32,000 nucleotides of DNA from an uncultured Actinomycetes bacterium (GCA_963843975.1 CAWJMG010000001.1:1050001-1082000), one strand, 5' to 3'; shown: positions 18,002 through 27,395, numbered from the stretch's first letter. Program-made: numbers and translations. Notes: a model not told the origin generated them from the sequence alone.

Positions 18002-19636
18002 TCAGCTCACGAGAAAGTCCCTCGTGCCCTTGCCCCAGTTGGCGTCCGCGGGCGTGATGACGCGGTACTTGCCGGGGCGGAGGTCGCGGAACCCGAAGCT
18101 GAAGCGGCCGGCGCTCGAGATCGGCGTTGACGCGACCGTGACGGCGCCGTAACCGATGACCCGCTGCAGGGTCGCAGTGCCGCCCACACGCGCCGCCTTG
18201 CCGTAGACCCGCTCCTTGCTGCCTTGCCTCTCCACAGCAGCCGTGATCGTCGGTCTGACGACGACCTTCTTCGGAGCCGAGCACCGGGCCTCTACGAAGA
18301 TGTCGCCCCGGAAGCACCATCGGAGCAAGGAGTTCCGGGTGAGCGCAGTCGTGGCGCCGTTGAAGGTGAACTCGGCGCCCGACTCCTCCAGCTTCGCGCC
18401 GCTGGTGGTCGCGAGTGCACGGTAGGTCGATCCGCCGTTCGTCGACATGGTCAGGATGCCGTACCGGGTCTCGCGCCCCTGGTCCGCAGGGCGCCGGAAG
18501 CCTGAGGCATCGGTCAGGTACTTCGCGATCGTCTGGTACTGCACCCGCCCGTGCGTCTGGATCGTCGTGGCGCTGAGAACGATCGACGCCTTCGGCAGGG
18601 CGCGGACAGCCGGCATCGGAACGACAGGAGGGACGGCCGAGGTCGGGCGGTAGCGGAAGCCCCCGGCGGCCGGAGGGAAGGTGAGCCAGTCGCTCGGCGC
18701 AACCCCTGCCGCCGCGGTCCCCACGTCGCTGCGCACGTACTTCCCGGTCGGGCCGTAGACGTCGCGGAACAGGTAGAACGTCCCGGCGTGGAGCGTCACG
18801 TCGTACGTGTTCGCCCACTCGGGCACCACGACGTCGGACGCGGGCGCCGTCGTCGCCCGGACGGTCTCGATATCCCCACTGGGCTTGGCCCGGGTGAAGT
18901 AGAAGGCGGTGCTGTCGGCGTTCCAGGTCAACGTCTGCGGGACCGGTTGGACAGACGTGGCCGTGAACCGAACCGCTTCGTCGTAGGCGCCGAACGTCTG
19001 GGCGAGGACCAGCGCCCTCACGCGGGTGCTGACCAGCTTCCCAGCCGCGTCGATCCGAGCGAACATCGCAGCGACCTTGGAGCCATCCGGCGACACCGCC
19101 AGGCGTACCACTCTCTCGACACCCGAGCCGAAGGTCGGGAATCTCACCGACGCCTCGACGGTCTGGCCGGAGGCGACGTCGTAGCGCCACAAGCGGTAGA
19201 AGTCGTACCAGTAGACGGCGCTGCCGTCCCGCGCGAGCACCGGGTTGCCCTGGAGGAAGCTCGTCAGGACCTTGCTGGTCACCAGGCCGGTGCCGGGGTC
19301 ACGGACCACCAGGATCAAGCCGTACGTCGAGTTGAGATCGGGACTCGCCAGGGAACGCGACTGCCCCCACACGAGCAGCACGTTCCCGTCCTCAGACACG
19401 TCGTACTGACGCACGTGGAGGTTCGGTGTCACATTCGTTGCGGGGGAGAAGCTGCCGGGCTGGGTGAACCAGAGCCTGTCGGTCGTCGAGTCGTGCCGGC
19501 CAGTTGGATCAGCCGTCACGTAGCCGAACGCCGGGCCTGTCGGGTCGGCCTGTGCGGAGGTCGCGGCCAGGGGAAGAAGGCCCACGGTCAACCCGGCGGC
19601 AACGAGGATTGCGGCAGCGCGGCGACGGACGTGCAT
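18002..19636 (-). CDS. Secreted hypothetical protein, beta-propeller-like N-terminal region plus Ig/prealbumin-like C-terminal domain (paralog 1)
   Basis: Signal peptide MHVRRRAAAILVAAGLTVGLLPLAATSAQA/DP. TolB/PD40-like strings (YDVSEDGNVLLV, VSPDGSKVAA). C-terminus ...RVYGKAARVGGTATLQR...GRFSFGFRDLRPGKYRV. Clear paralog of the adjacent gene. Confidence 0.8.
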   Translation of the reverse strand: MHVRRRAAAILVAAGLTVGLLPLAATSAQADPTGPAFGYVTADPTGRHDSTTDRLWFTQPGSFSPATNVTPNLHVRQYDVSEDGNVLLVWGQSRSLASPDLNSTYGLILVVRDPGTGLVTSKVLTSFLQGNPVLARDGSAVYWYDFYRLWRYDVASGQTVEASVRFPTFGSGVERVVRLAVSPDGSKVAAMFARIDAAGKLVSTRVRALVLAQTFGAYDEAVRFTATSVQPVPQTLTWNADSTAFYFTRAKPSGDIETVRATTAPASDVVVPEWANTYDVTLHAGTFYLFRDVYGPTGKYVRSDVGTAAAGVAPSDWLTFPPAAGGFRYRPTSAVPPVVPMPAVRALPKASIVLSATTIQTHGRVQYQTIAKYLTDASGFRRPADQGRETRYGILTMSTNGGSTYRALATTSGAKLEESGAEFTFNGATTALTRNSLLRWCFRGDIFVEARCSAPKKVVVRPTITAAVERQGSKERVYGKAARVGGTATLQRVIGYGAVTVASTPISSAGRFSFGFRDLRPGKYRVITPADANWGKGTRDFLVS

Positions 19637-19752
19637 GAGCCCCCCAGGGCGGGTCCCGACCGTGGTCGGGCAGGGACCCGCGTCCCCGCCCGCACATCCT
19701 GCCTCGCGTCGTTGGTCGCCGGCACGGAATCGGCGTGATCACCCTGATGCGT

Positions 19753-19787
19753 CGAAGGGCCGCACCCGATCCGGGTGCGGCCCTTCG
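19753..19787 (-). terminator. Stem-loop terminator candidate downstream of paralog 2
   Basis: Perfect 15-bp stem CGAAGGGCCGCACCC (19753-19767) with GGGTGCGGCCCTTCG (19773-19787), loop GATCC. No clear U-tract, which is common in high-GC actinobacteria. Confidence 0.55.
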
Positions 19788-19804
19788 TCGTACGAGTGCG
19801 TCTG

Positions 19805-21457
19805 TCAGATCGTGAACTGCTTGAGGCCCGAGCCCCAGTAGGTGTCGGCCTTCGTGGCGACCTTGTACGAGCCGGGGACCATCTTGCGGAACCCGAAGCT
19901 GAAGGTGCCGGTCGAGCCGATCTTCGCCGTGGTGACGCCCACCCACTTGCCGCTGACGAAGCGTGAGAGGACGGCGGTGCCGCCGACGCGCGATGCGCGG
20001 CCGTAGACGCGCTTCGTAGCGCCGAGCTTCTGCACCACCGTGGTCACCTTCGGGTTCACGGTGATCTTCTTGGTGACCGAGCAGTCGTTCGCGACGTAGG
20101 CGTCACCCTGGAAGCACCACTGCAGCCACGTGTTGCGTGACAGCGCAGCGGTGTAGCCGTTGCCGAAGGGCGCACCCGTCGGCCACGTGAGCAGCCTCGA
20201 CCCCGCGCCAGTCGGCGTCGACGTCGTGAAGGTCGCGCCGCCGTTGATCGAGGTCTTCAGCACTCCGAAGCGGGTCTGCGCCTTGGTGTCGGCGGACCGC
20301 GTCCCCGTCGGGTCGGTCAGGTAGGCCGCGAGGCTCGCATACATCACCTTGGTGCCGGTGGGAACGGTCGACCGCGCGAGGAAGAGGTAGGAGGTCGCAA
20401 CCGCACGGTTGGCCACGGCGGTGACGTCGGCCGCGGCGACCGGCGGCGTCGCCGTCGCCGGGACGTAGCGCGTCGTGCCGGTGCCGAGCGGGAAGTTCTC
20501 GAACGTGCCCGGCGTGAACGGCGTGCCGCTCTTGGCGACTTCAGTGCCCGACGTCGGCGAGCTCACGTCCTGGAAGGCGTACCAGCTCGTGCCGTCGGTG
20601 CCGAGGTCGTACTGCGCGTCGAGGCCGGTGTCCTTGACGAGCGTGGGGGCGCCGGCGGTGAGCGTGACCGACCACGTGTCGGTGATCGCTCCCTTGACCC
20701 AGATGTTGAAGGCGACGGTGGTACTGCTCGTGAACACCAGCGTGGAGCCGACGGGGTACGAGTAGCCGGCGACGATCTGCGCTGCGGTGGGCGCGTACTG
20801 GTACCCAACGCCCGTGCCGTCGAGGCGGCCGACCTGGACGCGGCTCGAGGTGAGCGTGCCCGCCGTGGTCGACGTGGTGAACACGACCGCGCCCGCGGTG
20901 CCGTCGTCCGAGATCGCAAGGCGGCCGATGCGCTCGGTGCTCTTGCGCACGAAGCGGGTCGACGCCTTCGTCGTCACCTTGCTCGCGACGTCGTACTTCC
21001 AGATCGCGCCGGAGTCGTACCACCAGAGCGTGTCGCCGTTCGGCGAGAGCACGGGGTTCGACTCGACGATGGTGGCGACGTTCGTCGTGACGTCCGGCGA
21101 GCCCTTCTGCACGAGCAGCAGGCCGTACGACGTGTTCAGCGCGGGAACAGTCAGCGCGCGCGACTGGCCGGTGACCGCGAGGACCTGGCCGTTCGTCGAC
21201 ACGTCGTACGCGTAGGCGTACGTGTTCGGCGTGAGGGCCGTCGTCGACGTGAAGCTGCCGGGCGTCGTGGCCCAGAGCTTGTCGGTCGTCGCGTTGTGCG
21301 TTGTCGGGCCCGCGTAGGTCAGGAAGCCGAACGACGGGAAGGCGCCCGGGGCCGCGTCGGCCGACGACGTCACGGCAGGCACGAGACCGGCAGTGAGCGC
21401 GGCGGCGGCGACCAGGGTCGCCGTACGGGACCAGCGCGGGCTGATTCGGGTCTTCAT
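19805..21457 (-). CDS. Secreted hypothetical protein, beta-propeller-like plus Ig/prealbumin-like C-terminal domain (paralog 2)
   Basis: ATG at 21457 is preceded by AAGGAG (a track alternative starts at 21487). Signal peptide MKTRISPRWSRTATLVAAAALTAGLVPAVTSSADA/AP. Collinear similarity to 18002..19636 along the whole length, e.g. WCFQGDAYVANDCS vs WCFRGDIFVEARCS and RVYGRASRVGGTAVLSR vs RVYGKAARVGGTATLQR. Confidence 0.8.
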   Translation of the reverse strand: MKTRISPRWSRTATLVAAAALTAGLVPAVTSSADAAPGAFPSFGFLTYAGPTTHNATTDKLWATTPGSFTSTTALTPNTYAYAYDVSTNGQVLAVTGQSRALTVPALNTSYGLLLVQKGSPDVTTNVATIVESNPVLSPNGDTLWWYDSGAIWKYDVASKVTTKASTRFVRKSTERIGRLAISDDGTAGAVVFTTSTTAGTLTSSRVQVGRLDGTGVGYQYAPTAAQIVAGYSYPVGSTLVFTSSTTVAFNIWVKGAITDTWSVTLTAGAPTLVKDTGLDAQYDLGTDGTSWYAFQDVSSPTSGTEVAKSGTPFTPGTFENFPLGTGTTRYVPATATPPVAAADVTAVANRAVATSYLFLARSTVPTGTKVMYASLAAYLTDPTGTRSADTKAQTRFGVLKTSINGGATFTTSTPTGAGSRLLTWPTGAPFGNGYTAALSRNTWLQWCFQGDAYVANDCSVTKKITVNPKVTTVVQKLGATKRVYGRASRVGGTAVLSRFVSGKWVGVTTAKIGSTGTFSFGFRKMVPGSYKVATKADTYWGSGLKQFTI

Positions 21458-21692
21458 GGCCGGACGGCTCCTTAAGTCCCCCGGCACCGCCGGGCCCTGG
21501 CTCCCCCGGCACGGGGCCGGTACGCACGAGTGCGGCCGTGGAGCAGGCCGCCGCGGCGAGTATCACACGGGGAGGGCCGCGCTCTCATGCCCGACGACCG
21601 GCGTCACACCGCATCGTGACCAGCGTGAGTCCACCTGTCCGGCTGTCGGCGACCCGCCACGTCGGCCACCACCGCGAGGTAGCGTCCGGCGC

Positions 21693-22664
21693 ATGGGTCT
21701 TGCGACCGGGGTGCTGCACCCCGAGGGCTTCCACGGGCAGCGCATCACGTCGTCGTACTTCGAGGGCTGGTACGTCAAGCTCGTCGCACCCGACCGCGGT
21801 GCGCGCTTCGCCGTCATCCCCGGTGTCTTCCTCGCCCCGGACGGCACGGGCGAAGCCTTCGTGCAGGTGCTCGACGGCGCGACCGGCGAGAGCTGGTACC
21901 ACCAGTACGACGTGTCGGAGTTCGGGGCCGAGGCCGACCGCTTCTCGGTGCGCGTCGGCCCGAACCGCTTCTCCGACCGTGGCGTCGTGCTCGACCTCCC
22001 GTCGCTGAAGGGCGAGGTGCGGTTCACCACGCCGCTCGACCCGTGGCCCGTCTCGTTGCTCTCCCCGGGCGTCATGGGCTGGTACGCCTGGGTGCCCAAG
22101 ATGGAGTGCAAGCACGGCGTCGTCTCGTTCGGCCACGACCTGGCGGGCTCGCTCACCCACGCGGGGACGACGTCGTCCTTCGACGGCGGCCGCGGCTACA
22201 TGGAGAAGGACTGGGGCGCGGCGTTCCCCGCCGGCTACGTCTGGCTGCAGACCAACCACTTCACCGACCCCGGCACCTGCCTCACCGGCTCGATCGCGGT
22301 CATCCCGTGGCTGCGCTCGGAGTTCCCCGGCCACATCGTCGGCCTGAAGCACGACGGCGTGCTGCACAAGTTCACGACGTACAACGGGGCGAAGACCACG
22401 CGCATCGAGGTGGACGACGACGAGGTGCGCTGGAGTCTGCGCTCGCGCCGGGGCGCCACGCTCGACATCACCGCCGACCGACCGCGCGGCGGCCTGCTGC
22501 ACGCGCCGATCCGCACCGAGATGCACCGCCGCGTGGAGGAGACGCTCGACGCGACCGTCCAGGTGCGGCTGACCGACGCCGACGGGCGGGTGCTGCTCGA
22601 GGACACCGGCCACTGCGCCGGCCTCGAGGTGCACGGCGACATCCACCGCCTCACCGCCCCCTGA
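21693..22664 (+). CDS. Tocopherol-cyclase-like family protein (function unknown in bacteria)
   Basis: N-terminal HPEGFHGQRITSSYFEGWYVKL resembles the HFEGWY motif of the tocopherol cyclase (VTE1) family, and YMEKDWGAAFP fits further in. Start ATG at 21693; the upstream part of the track ORF is Arg-rich. Confidence 0.6.
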   Translation: MGLATGVLHPEGFHGQRITSSYFEGWYVKLVAPDRGARFAVIPGVFLAPDGTGEAFVQVLDGATGESWYHQYDVSEFGAEADRFSVRVGPNRFSDRGVVLDLPSLKGEVRFTTPLDPWPVSLLSPGVMGWYAWVPKMECKHGVVSFGHDLAGSLTHAGTTSSFDGGRGYMEKDWGAAFPAGYVWLQTNHFTDPGTCLTGSIAVIPWLRSEFPGHIVGLKHDGVLHKFTTYNGAKTTRIEVDDDEVRWSLRSRRGATLDITADRPRGGLLHAPIRTEMHRRVEETLDATVQVRLTDADGRVLLEDTGHCAGLEVHGDIHRLTAP

Positions 22665-22678
22665 CCCGCCCGGCTCCG

Positions 22679-22740
22679 CGAGTTACTGCCCAAAGCGGGG
22701 CTATCCGGCCGCTCGTTAGCCCGCTTTGGGCAGTGACTCG
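22679..22740. repeat. 62-bp palindromic intergenic element, copy 2 (21-bp arms)
   Basis: CGAGTTACTGCCCAAAGCGGG (22679-22699) versus CCCGCTTTGGGCAGTGACTCG (22720-22740), 20/21 complementary with the single mismatch T-G. 20-nt centre. Same termini as 15988-16049. Confidence 0.85.
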
Positions 22741-22835
22741 GAACAGGTCGGGAGGGGGTGGCGGAACATCCCGGGCTGGGGGAGGGTTGCGATCGACGTA
22801 CGAAGCCCCGTTCCCCACTCCCCCTTGGAGCACCT

Positions 22836-23279
22836 GTGCCCGTTCGTGACGCATCCACCTCCTGGACCGGCGACCTGATGACCGGCAACGGCGTCGTGTC
22901 GCTCGACTCCAGCGAGGCCGGCCAGTTCCCGGTCACCTTCCCCCGACGCGCCGGCGAGCCCGAGGGTCAGACGAGCCCCGAGGAGCTCGTGGCCGCCGCG
23001 CACTCCGCGTGCTTCGCGATGTCGCTCTCGAACGAGCTCTCCAAGGCCGGCAACCCCCCGACCTCGCTCGCGGCGAGCGCCGAGGTGACCCTCGACAAGA
23101 ACGCTGCCGGCCAGCTCGCCATCGTGAAGATCGCGATCTCCGTCGACGGCGTCGTGCCCGGCATCGACCAGGCCGCGTTCGCCGAGGCCGCCGCCACCGC
23201 CAAGGCCGGCTGCATCATCAGCCGCGCGCTCGCCGGCGTCGAGGAGATCACCCTCGAGGCCACCCTGCTCGACGCCTGA
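22836..23279 (+). CDS. osmC: OsmC-family peroxiredoxin
   Basis: GTG at 22836 with GGAG 5 nt upstream. VPVRDASTSWTGDLMTGNGVVSL...TSPEELVAAAHSACFAMSLS...AKAGCIISRAL, the two conserved Cys regions of OsmC. Confidence 0.85.
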   Translation: MPVRDASTSWTGDLMTGNGVVSLDSSEAGQFPVTFPRRAGEPEGQTSPEELVAAAHSACFAMSLSNELSKAGNPPTSLAASAEVTLDKNAAGQLAIVKIAISVDGVVPGIDQAAFAEAAATAKAGCIISRALAGVEEITLEATLLDA

Positions 23280-23313
23280 TCCAGAGCACCCTGCGCGACG
23301 CCCAGCACGACGT

Positions 23314-23356
23314 ACGACGGCCGCCCCGGACCCTCACGGTCCGGGGCGGCCGTCGT
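23314..23356. terminator. Bidirectional stem-loop between convergent osmC and SRPBCC genes
   Basis: Perfect 19-bp stem ACGACGGCCGCCCCGGACC (23314-23332) with GGTCCGGGGCGGCCGTCGT (23338-23356), loop CTCAC. Confidence 0.65.
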
Positions 23357-23397
23357 CGTACCGGGCCGGGTGAGCGGCGGCGATCAGCTCCGGTGGG

Positions 23398-23910
23398 CTA
23401 CTGGGCGCCCTGCGCGAGGTAGACGGCGTGCAGCTCCTGCCACCTGGCCCGCGCGTCGCACATCGGACCCCCCTGCAGGTGGTTCACCAGATCCTCGAGG
23501 TGGATCTGGTCGCCAGCGGCGTACGCCGGGAGGGCGTCGACCGGCAGTCCGCTGTCCTCCAGCACGAGCACAGTGCCGTCTGCGTCCTCTGAGAGCCGGA
23601 TCTCGACGGCTCCATCCGGCTCGTCCTCCGACTGGGTCAGGAGCCGTACAAGCTCAGGCGGTCGGCACTCGACCACCTGGCAGGTGCCCTCCCACCCGCT
23701 CGCGGTCCACCGCGCCCGGAAGGTGCCGCCCTCGTGCAGCTCACCGTCGACCTCGCCGAGCCAGGGGACGAGCCGGTCGGCCTGGGTCAGCACCGGCCAC
23801 AGCTCGGCGGCCGACAGGGGCAGGCGGACCTCCAGGCGCACCACGCCCACCCCGTCACGCACGTGCATCGTCCCGCGCGCGCTGGCAGACCCGGGCGTGA
23901 GATCGGACAT
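23398..23910 (-). CDS. SRPBCC-family protein (AHSA1/START-like)
   Basis: 170 aa with GGGAG RBS. The pattern ...VRLEVRLPLSAAELWPVLTQADRLVPWLGEVDGELHEGGTFRARW... is typical of AHSA1-type SRPBCC proteins. Family assignment is by eye only. Confidence 0.6.
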   Translation of the reverse strand: MSDLTPGSASARGTMHVRDGVGVVRLEVRLPLSAAELWPVLTQADRLVPWLGEVDGELHEGGTFRARWTASGWEGTCQVVECRPPELVRLLTQSEDEPDGAVEIRLSEDADGTVLVLEDSGLPVDALPAYAAGDQIHLEDLVNHLQGGPMCDARARWQELHAVYLAQGAQ

Positions 23911-24139
23911 CGATGCTCCCTCGGACGGACGCCGGGCGGGCCCGGAACGGCATCAGCCATCCTGCCCCGTCGCCGCCGTTCCACACGAGGGGTCAGGGGC
24001 GAGGTACGGCGAAGGCGCGGCAACCCGCAGCGCCACGTGATCGACTTGCGCGAACGGGAACATCTGCCGATAGTTGAGCATTGAACTACCTGCGCGCCAA
24101 CCGGTGCGCACCACGACCCGACCTTGTTGGAGGTCCGCG

Positions 24140-25114
24140 ATGCCCGCCGTCACCGTCGACGACATCACCGTCCTGCCGCGCGTCCGTCGTCCCGACGCCG
24201 GTCTTGCGCCCGCACGGCCCGTCCGCAGCGTGACGACGGCGCCGACCGGCTTCGAGGGCGAGGGCTTCCCCGTGCGCCGCGCGTTCGCCGGTGTCGCGGC
24301 CGAGGCGCTCGACCCGTTCATCATGATGGATCAGATGGGCGAGGTGGAGTACGCGCCGGGCGAGCCCAAGGGCACCCCGTGGCACCCGCACCGCGGCTTC
24401 GAGACCGTCACGTACATCATGGACGGCTCCTTCATCCACCAGGACTCCCACGGCGGCGGCGGCTCGATCACCAACGGCGACACGCAGTGGATGACGGCCG
24501 GATCCGGCCTCCTGCACATCGAGACCCCGCCCGAGTCGCTGGTGATGAGCGGCGGCCTCTTCCACGGCCTCCAGCTCTGGGTCAACCTCCCGCGCGAGGC
24601 CAAGATGAGCGCGCCGAAGTACCAGGACCTCCGCGCGAGCGAGGTGCTGCTGCTCTCCAGCGACGACGGCGGCGCGCTCCTGCGCGTCATCGCCGGCGAC
24701 CTCGGCGGCCACACCGGCCCGGGCTCGACGCACACGCCGATGGCGATGGTGCACGCCTCCATCGCGACGGGCGCGCAGATGACCATCCCGTGGCGCCAGG
24801 ACTTCAACGCCCTCGTGTACGTGCTGTCGGGCTCGGGCACGGTCGGCGAGGAGAAGCGCCCCATCCGCACCGGGCAGCTCGCCGTCTTCGGCCCTGGCGC
24901 CACCCTCACGGTGAACGCCGACCCGACCCAGGAGAGCCGCCTCGGCGGCCTCGACGTGGTCATCCTCGGCGGCGAGCCGATCCGCCAGCCGATCGCCTGG
25001 CACGGCCCGTTCGTCATGAACACCCAGCGCGAGCTCGTGCAGGCGTTCGAGGACTTCCAGGCCGGCCGTCTCGGCACCGTCCCCCCGGACGGCATCCAGC
25101 CCTTCCGCGCCTGA
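24140..25114 (+). CDS. Pirin-family protein
   Basis: GFPVRRAF, PFIMMDQMG, metal-binding HPHRGFETVTYIMDG and QWMTAGSGLLHIE. Bicupin length (~324 aa). GGAGG lies 6 nt upstream of the ATG at 24140. Confidence 0.9.
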   Translation: MPAVTVDDITVLPRVRRPDAGLAPARPVRSVTTAPTGFEGEGFPVRRAFAGVAAEALDPFIMMDQMGEVEYAPGEPKGTPWHPHRGFETVTYIMDGSFIHQDSHGGGGSITNGDTQWMTAGSGLLHIETPPESLVMSGGLFHGLQLWVNLPREAKMSAPKYQDLRASEVLLLSSDDGGALLRVIAGDLGGHTGPGSTHTPMAMVHASIATGAQMTIPWRQDFNALVYVLSGSGTVGEEKRPIRTGQLAVFGPGATLTVNADPTQESRLGGLDVVILGGEPIRQPIAWHGPFVMNTQRELVQAFEDFQAGRLGTVPPDGIQPFRA

Positions 25115-25171
25115 CAGCGTCCAGATGACAGTGCCCCTGATCGCGTACGCCGCGGCCGGGGGCACCGTCAT

Positions 25172-27340
25172 GTGCGGCCGCGGGTGCGCGCGGACGCCGC
25201 CGTGCGGCAGGGTTGCGCCGTGACGTCGCGCCTCCACGCCCTGCACACGCCCACCACCACCGTCCTGCTCACGCACGACGACGACGTCCCGCGCGTCCTG
25301 CACTGGGGACGCCGCCTCGGCGACGGTCCGTACGACGACGCCACGCTCGAGGCACTGCTCGACGCCCCCGTCCCGCACGGCGGCCTCGACACCGTGCCGC
25401 CGCTGTCGGTCCTGCCCGAGCACCTCCGCGGCTGGGCGTCATCCGGCGGGATTGCGGGGCACCGCACCGACGGCACCGCCTGGGTGCCGCTGCTCGCGCG
25501 GACGGAGTCCGAGGCCACGGCGTCGTCGTTCACCTGGACCGGCACCGACTCCCTCGCGCGCCTGAGCGTGACCATCCGCGTCGCGCTGGACGAGCACGGC
25601 GTCCTCGCCGTCTCGACATCGCTCACGAACGACGGCGCCGACGCGTACACGCTCGACTCGCTCGCCCCCGTCGTACCCCTGCCCGCGCGGGCAGCAGAGG
25701 CGATGGTGCTCACCGGTCGATGGGCGCACGAACTCCAGGCAACGAGGCACGAGCTCGGCCCGTTCGCGCTCGTGCGCGAGACGCGCAAGGGCCGCACGTC
25801 GCACGAGTCCGCGCCCACGATCGCCGTCGGCACAAGGGCTTTCGGCGAGCAGCAGGGCGAGGTCTGGCTCGCGCACCTCGCCTGGAGCGGCAACCACCGC
25901 GTGTCCGTCGAGACGCTCCCCGACGGGCGCCGCGTGCTGTCGATGTCCGACCTCCTGCTCCCCGGCGAGGGCGTGCTGGCCCCGGGCGAGACGTACGACG
26001 CTCCCGCGATGCTCGGCACCTGGTCGGCGTCCGGCCTCACCGCCGCGAGCCAGCAGTTCCACGAGCACGTGCGCGCCCGCCCGTCCCACCCCCGTACGCC
26101 GCGCCCGATCCTGCTCAACACGTGGGAAGCCGTGTACTTCGAGCACGACGTCGCCAGCCTGCAGCGCCTCGCCGACGCGGCCGCCGCGGTCGGCGTCGAG
26201 CGGTTCGTGCTCGACGACGGCTGGTTCCGCGGACGTGACGACGACACGTCCTCGCTCGGCGACTGGTACGTCGACGATCGCAAGTACCCGAACGGCCTCG
26301 GCGAGCTGGCCGACCACGTCGTCGGGCTCGGCCTCGAGTTCGGCCTCTGGTTCGAGCCGGAGATGGTCAACCCCGACAGCGACCTCTACCGCGCTCACCC
26401 CGACTGGGTGCTGCACGTCGACGGTCACGAGCCGCTTCTCGGGCGCAACCAGCTCGTCCTCGACCTCGGTCGCGCGGAGGTCTTCGACTACCTGCTCGAG
26501 CGCATCGACGCCCTCCTGGCCGCGCACCCGATCTCGTACATCAAGTGGGACCACAACCGCGAGCTCGTGGCGGCATCCCACCGCGGTGGCGCGGCCGGCG
26601 TACGGCGCCAGACGTTCGCCCTCTACGCGCTGCTCGACGAGCTGAAACGCCGCCACCCCGGTGTCGAGATCGAGTCGTGCTCGTCGGGCGGCGGGCGCAT
26701 CGACCTCGGCATCGCCGCGCGCACCGACCGGTTCTGGACGTCGGACTGCAACGACGCCCTCGAGCGCCAGACGATCCAGCGCGGGTTCTCGTACCTCCTG
26801 CCGCCCGAGCTCATGGGCGCCCACGTGGGCGGCGCGTGGTCGCACACCACCGCGCGCACGCAGACGCTGCCCTTCCGCGCGGCGACGGCGCTGTTCGGCC
26901 ACCTCGGCTTCGAGTGGAACCTCTCGACCGCCAGCGCCGAGGACCGCGCCGGCGTCGCGCAGGTGATCGAGGTGCACAAGCGGTTCCGCCCGCTGCTGCA
27001 CGGCGGCCGCGTCGTCCGGGTCGACCACGCCGACCCGAGCGCACTGCTGCACGGCGTCGTCGCGCACGACGGCTCGGAGGCGCTGTTCTGCTACGCCCAG
27101 CTCACGGCGTCCGACCCCACGGTGCCCGCGCCGGCGAGGCTCGTCGGCCTCGACCCCGCCCGCCGCTACCGCGTCGAGCGCGTGCTCCTGCCGGGGGCGA
27201 ACTGGGACATGTCGCGGCACCACCCCGGCTGGTACGACGCGCCGGTCGAGATCGCCGGCGACGTCCTGGCCGAGGTCGGGCTCCCGATCGGCGTCCACGT
27301 CCCCGAGCAGGCGACGCTGATCCACGCCACCGCCCTGTAG
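25172..27340 (+). CDS. Alpha-galactosidase, glycoside hydrolase family 36
   Basis: LNTWEAVYFEHD, FVLDDGWFRGRDDDTSSLGDW, LEFGLWFEPEMVNPDSDLYRAHPDW, YIKWDHNR, ESCSSGGGRID and WTSDCNDALERQ. The start may instead be the GTG at 25220. Confidence 0.9.
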   Translation: MRPRVRADAAVRQGCAVTSRLHALHTPTTTVLLTHDDDVPRVLHWGRRLGDGPYDDATLEALLDAPVPHGGLDTVPPLSVLPEHLRGWASSGGIAGHRTDGTAWVPLLARTESEATASSFTWTGTDSLARLSVTIRVALDEHGVLAVSTSLTNDGADAYTLDSLAPVVPLPARAAEAMVLTGRWAHELQATRHELGPFALVRETRKGRTSHESAPTIAVGTRAFGEQQGEVWLAHLAWSGNHRVSVETLPDGRRVLSMSDLLLPGEGVLAPGETYDAPAMLGTWSASGLTAASQQFHEHVRARPSHPRTPRPILLNTWEAVYFEHDVASLQRLADAAAAVGVERFVLDDGWFRGRDDDTSSLGDWYVDDRKYPNGLGELADHVVGLGLEFGLWFEPEMVNPDSDLYRAHPDWVLHVDGHEPLLGRNQLVLDLGRAEVFDYLLERIDALLAAHPISYIKWDHNRELVAASHRGGAAGVRRQTFALYALLDELKRRHPGVEIESCSSGGGRIDLGIAARTDRFWTSDCNDALERQTIQRGFSYLLPPELMGAHVGGAWSHTTARTQTLPFRAATALFGHLGFEWNLSTASAEDRAGVAQVIEVHKRFRPLLHGGRVVRVDHADPSALLHGVVAHDGSEALFCYAQLTASDPTVPAPARLVGLDPARRYRVERVLLPGANWDMSRHHPGWYDAPVEIAGDVLAEVGLPIGVHVPEQATLIHATAL

Positions 27341-27395
27341 CGCTCCCCCACCGGGACGGGGTGTGCGACGGCGGCCGGCACGGTTGGATGGCGGC

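Noticed and set aside
17142-19190. Upstream part of the 842-aa track ORF 16662..19190
   Set aside because: It runs antisense through upp and in an alternative frame through the secreted-protein gene. Only the last 159 codons, from the GTG at 17141 with a GAAGGAGG RBS, match the deaminase-associated protein family.
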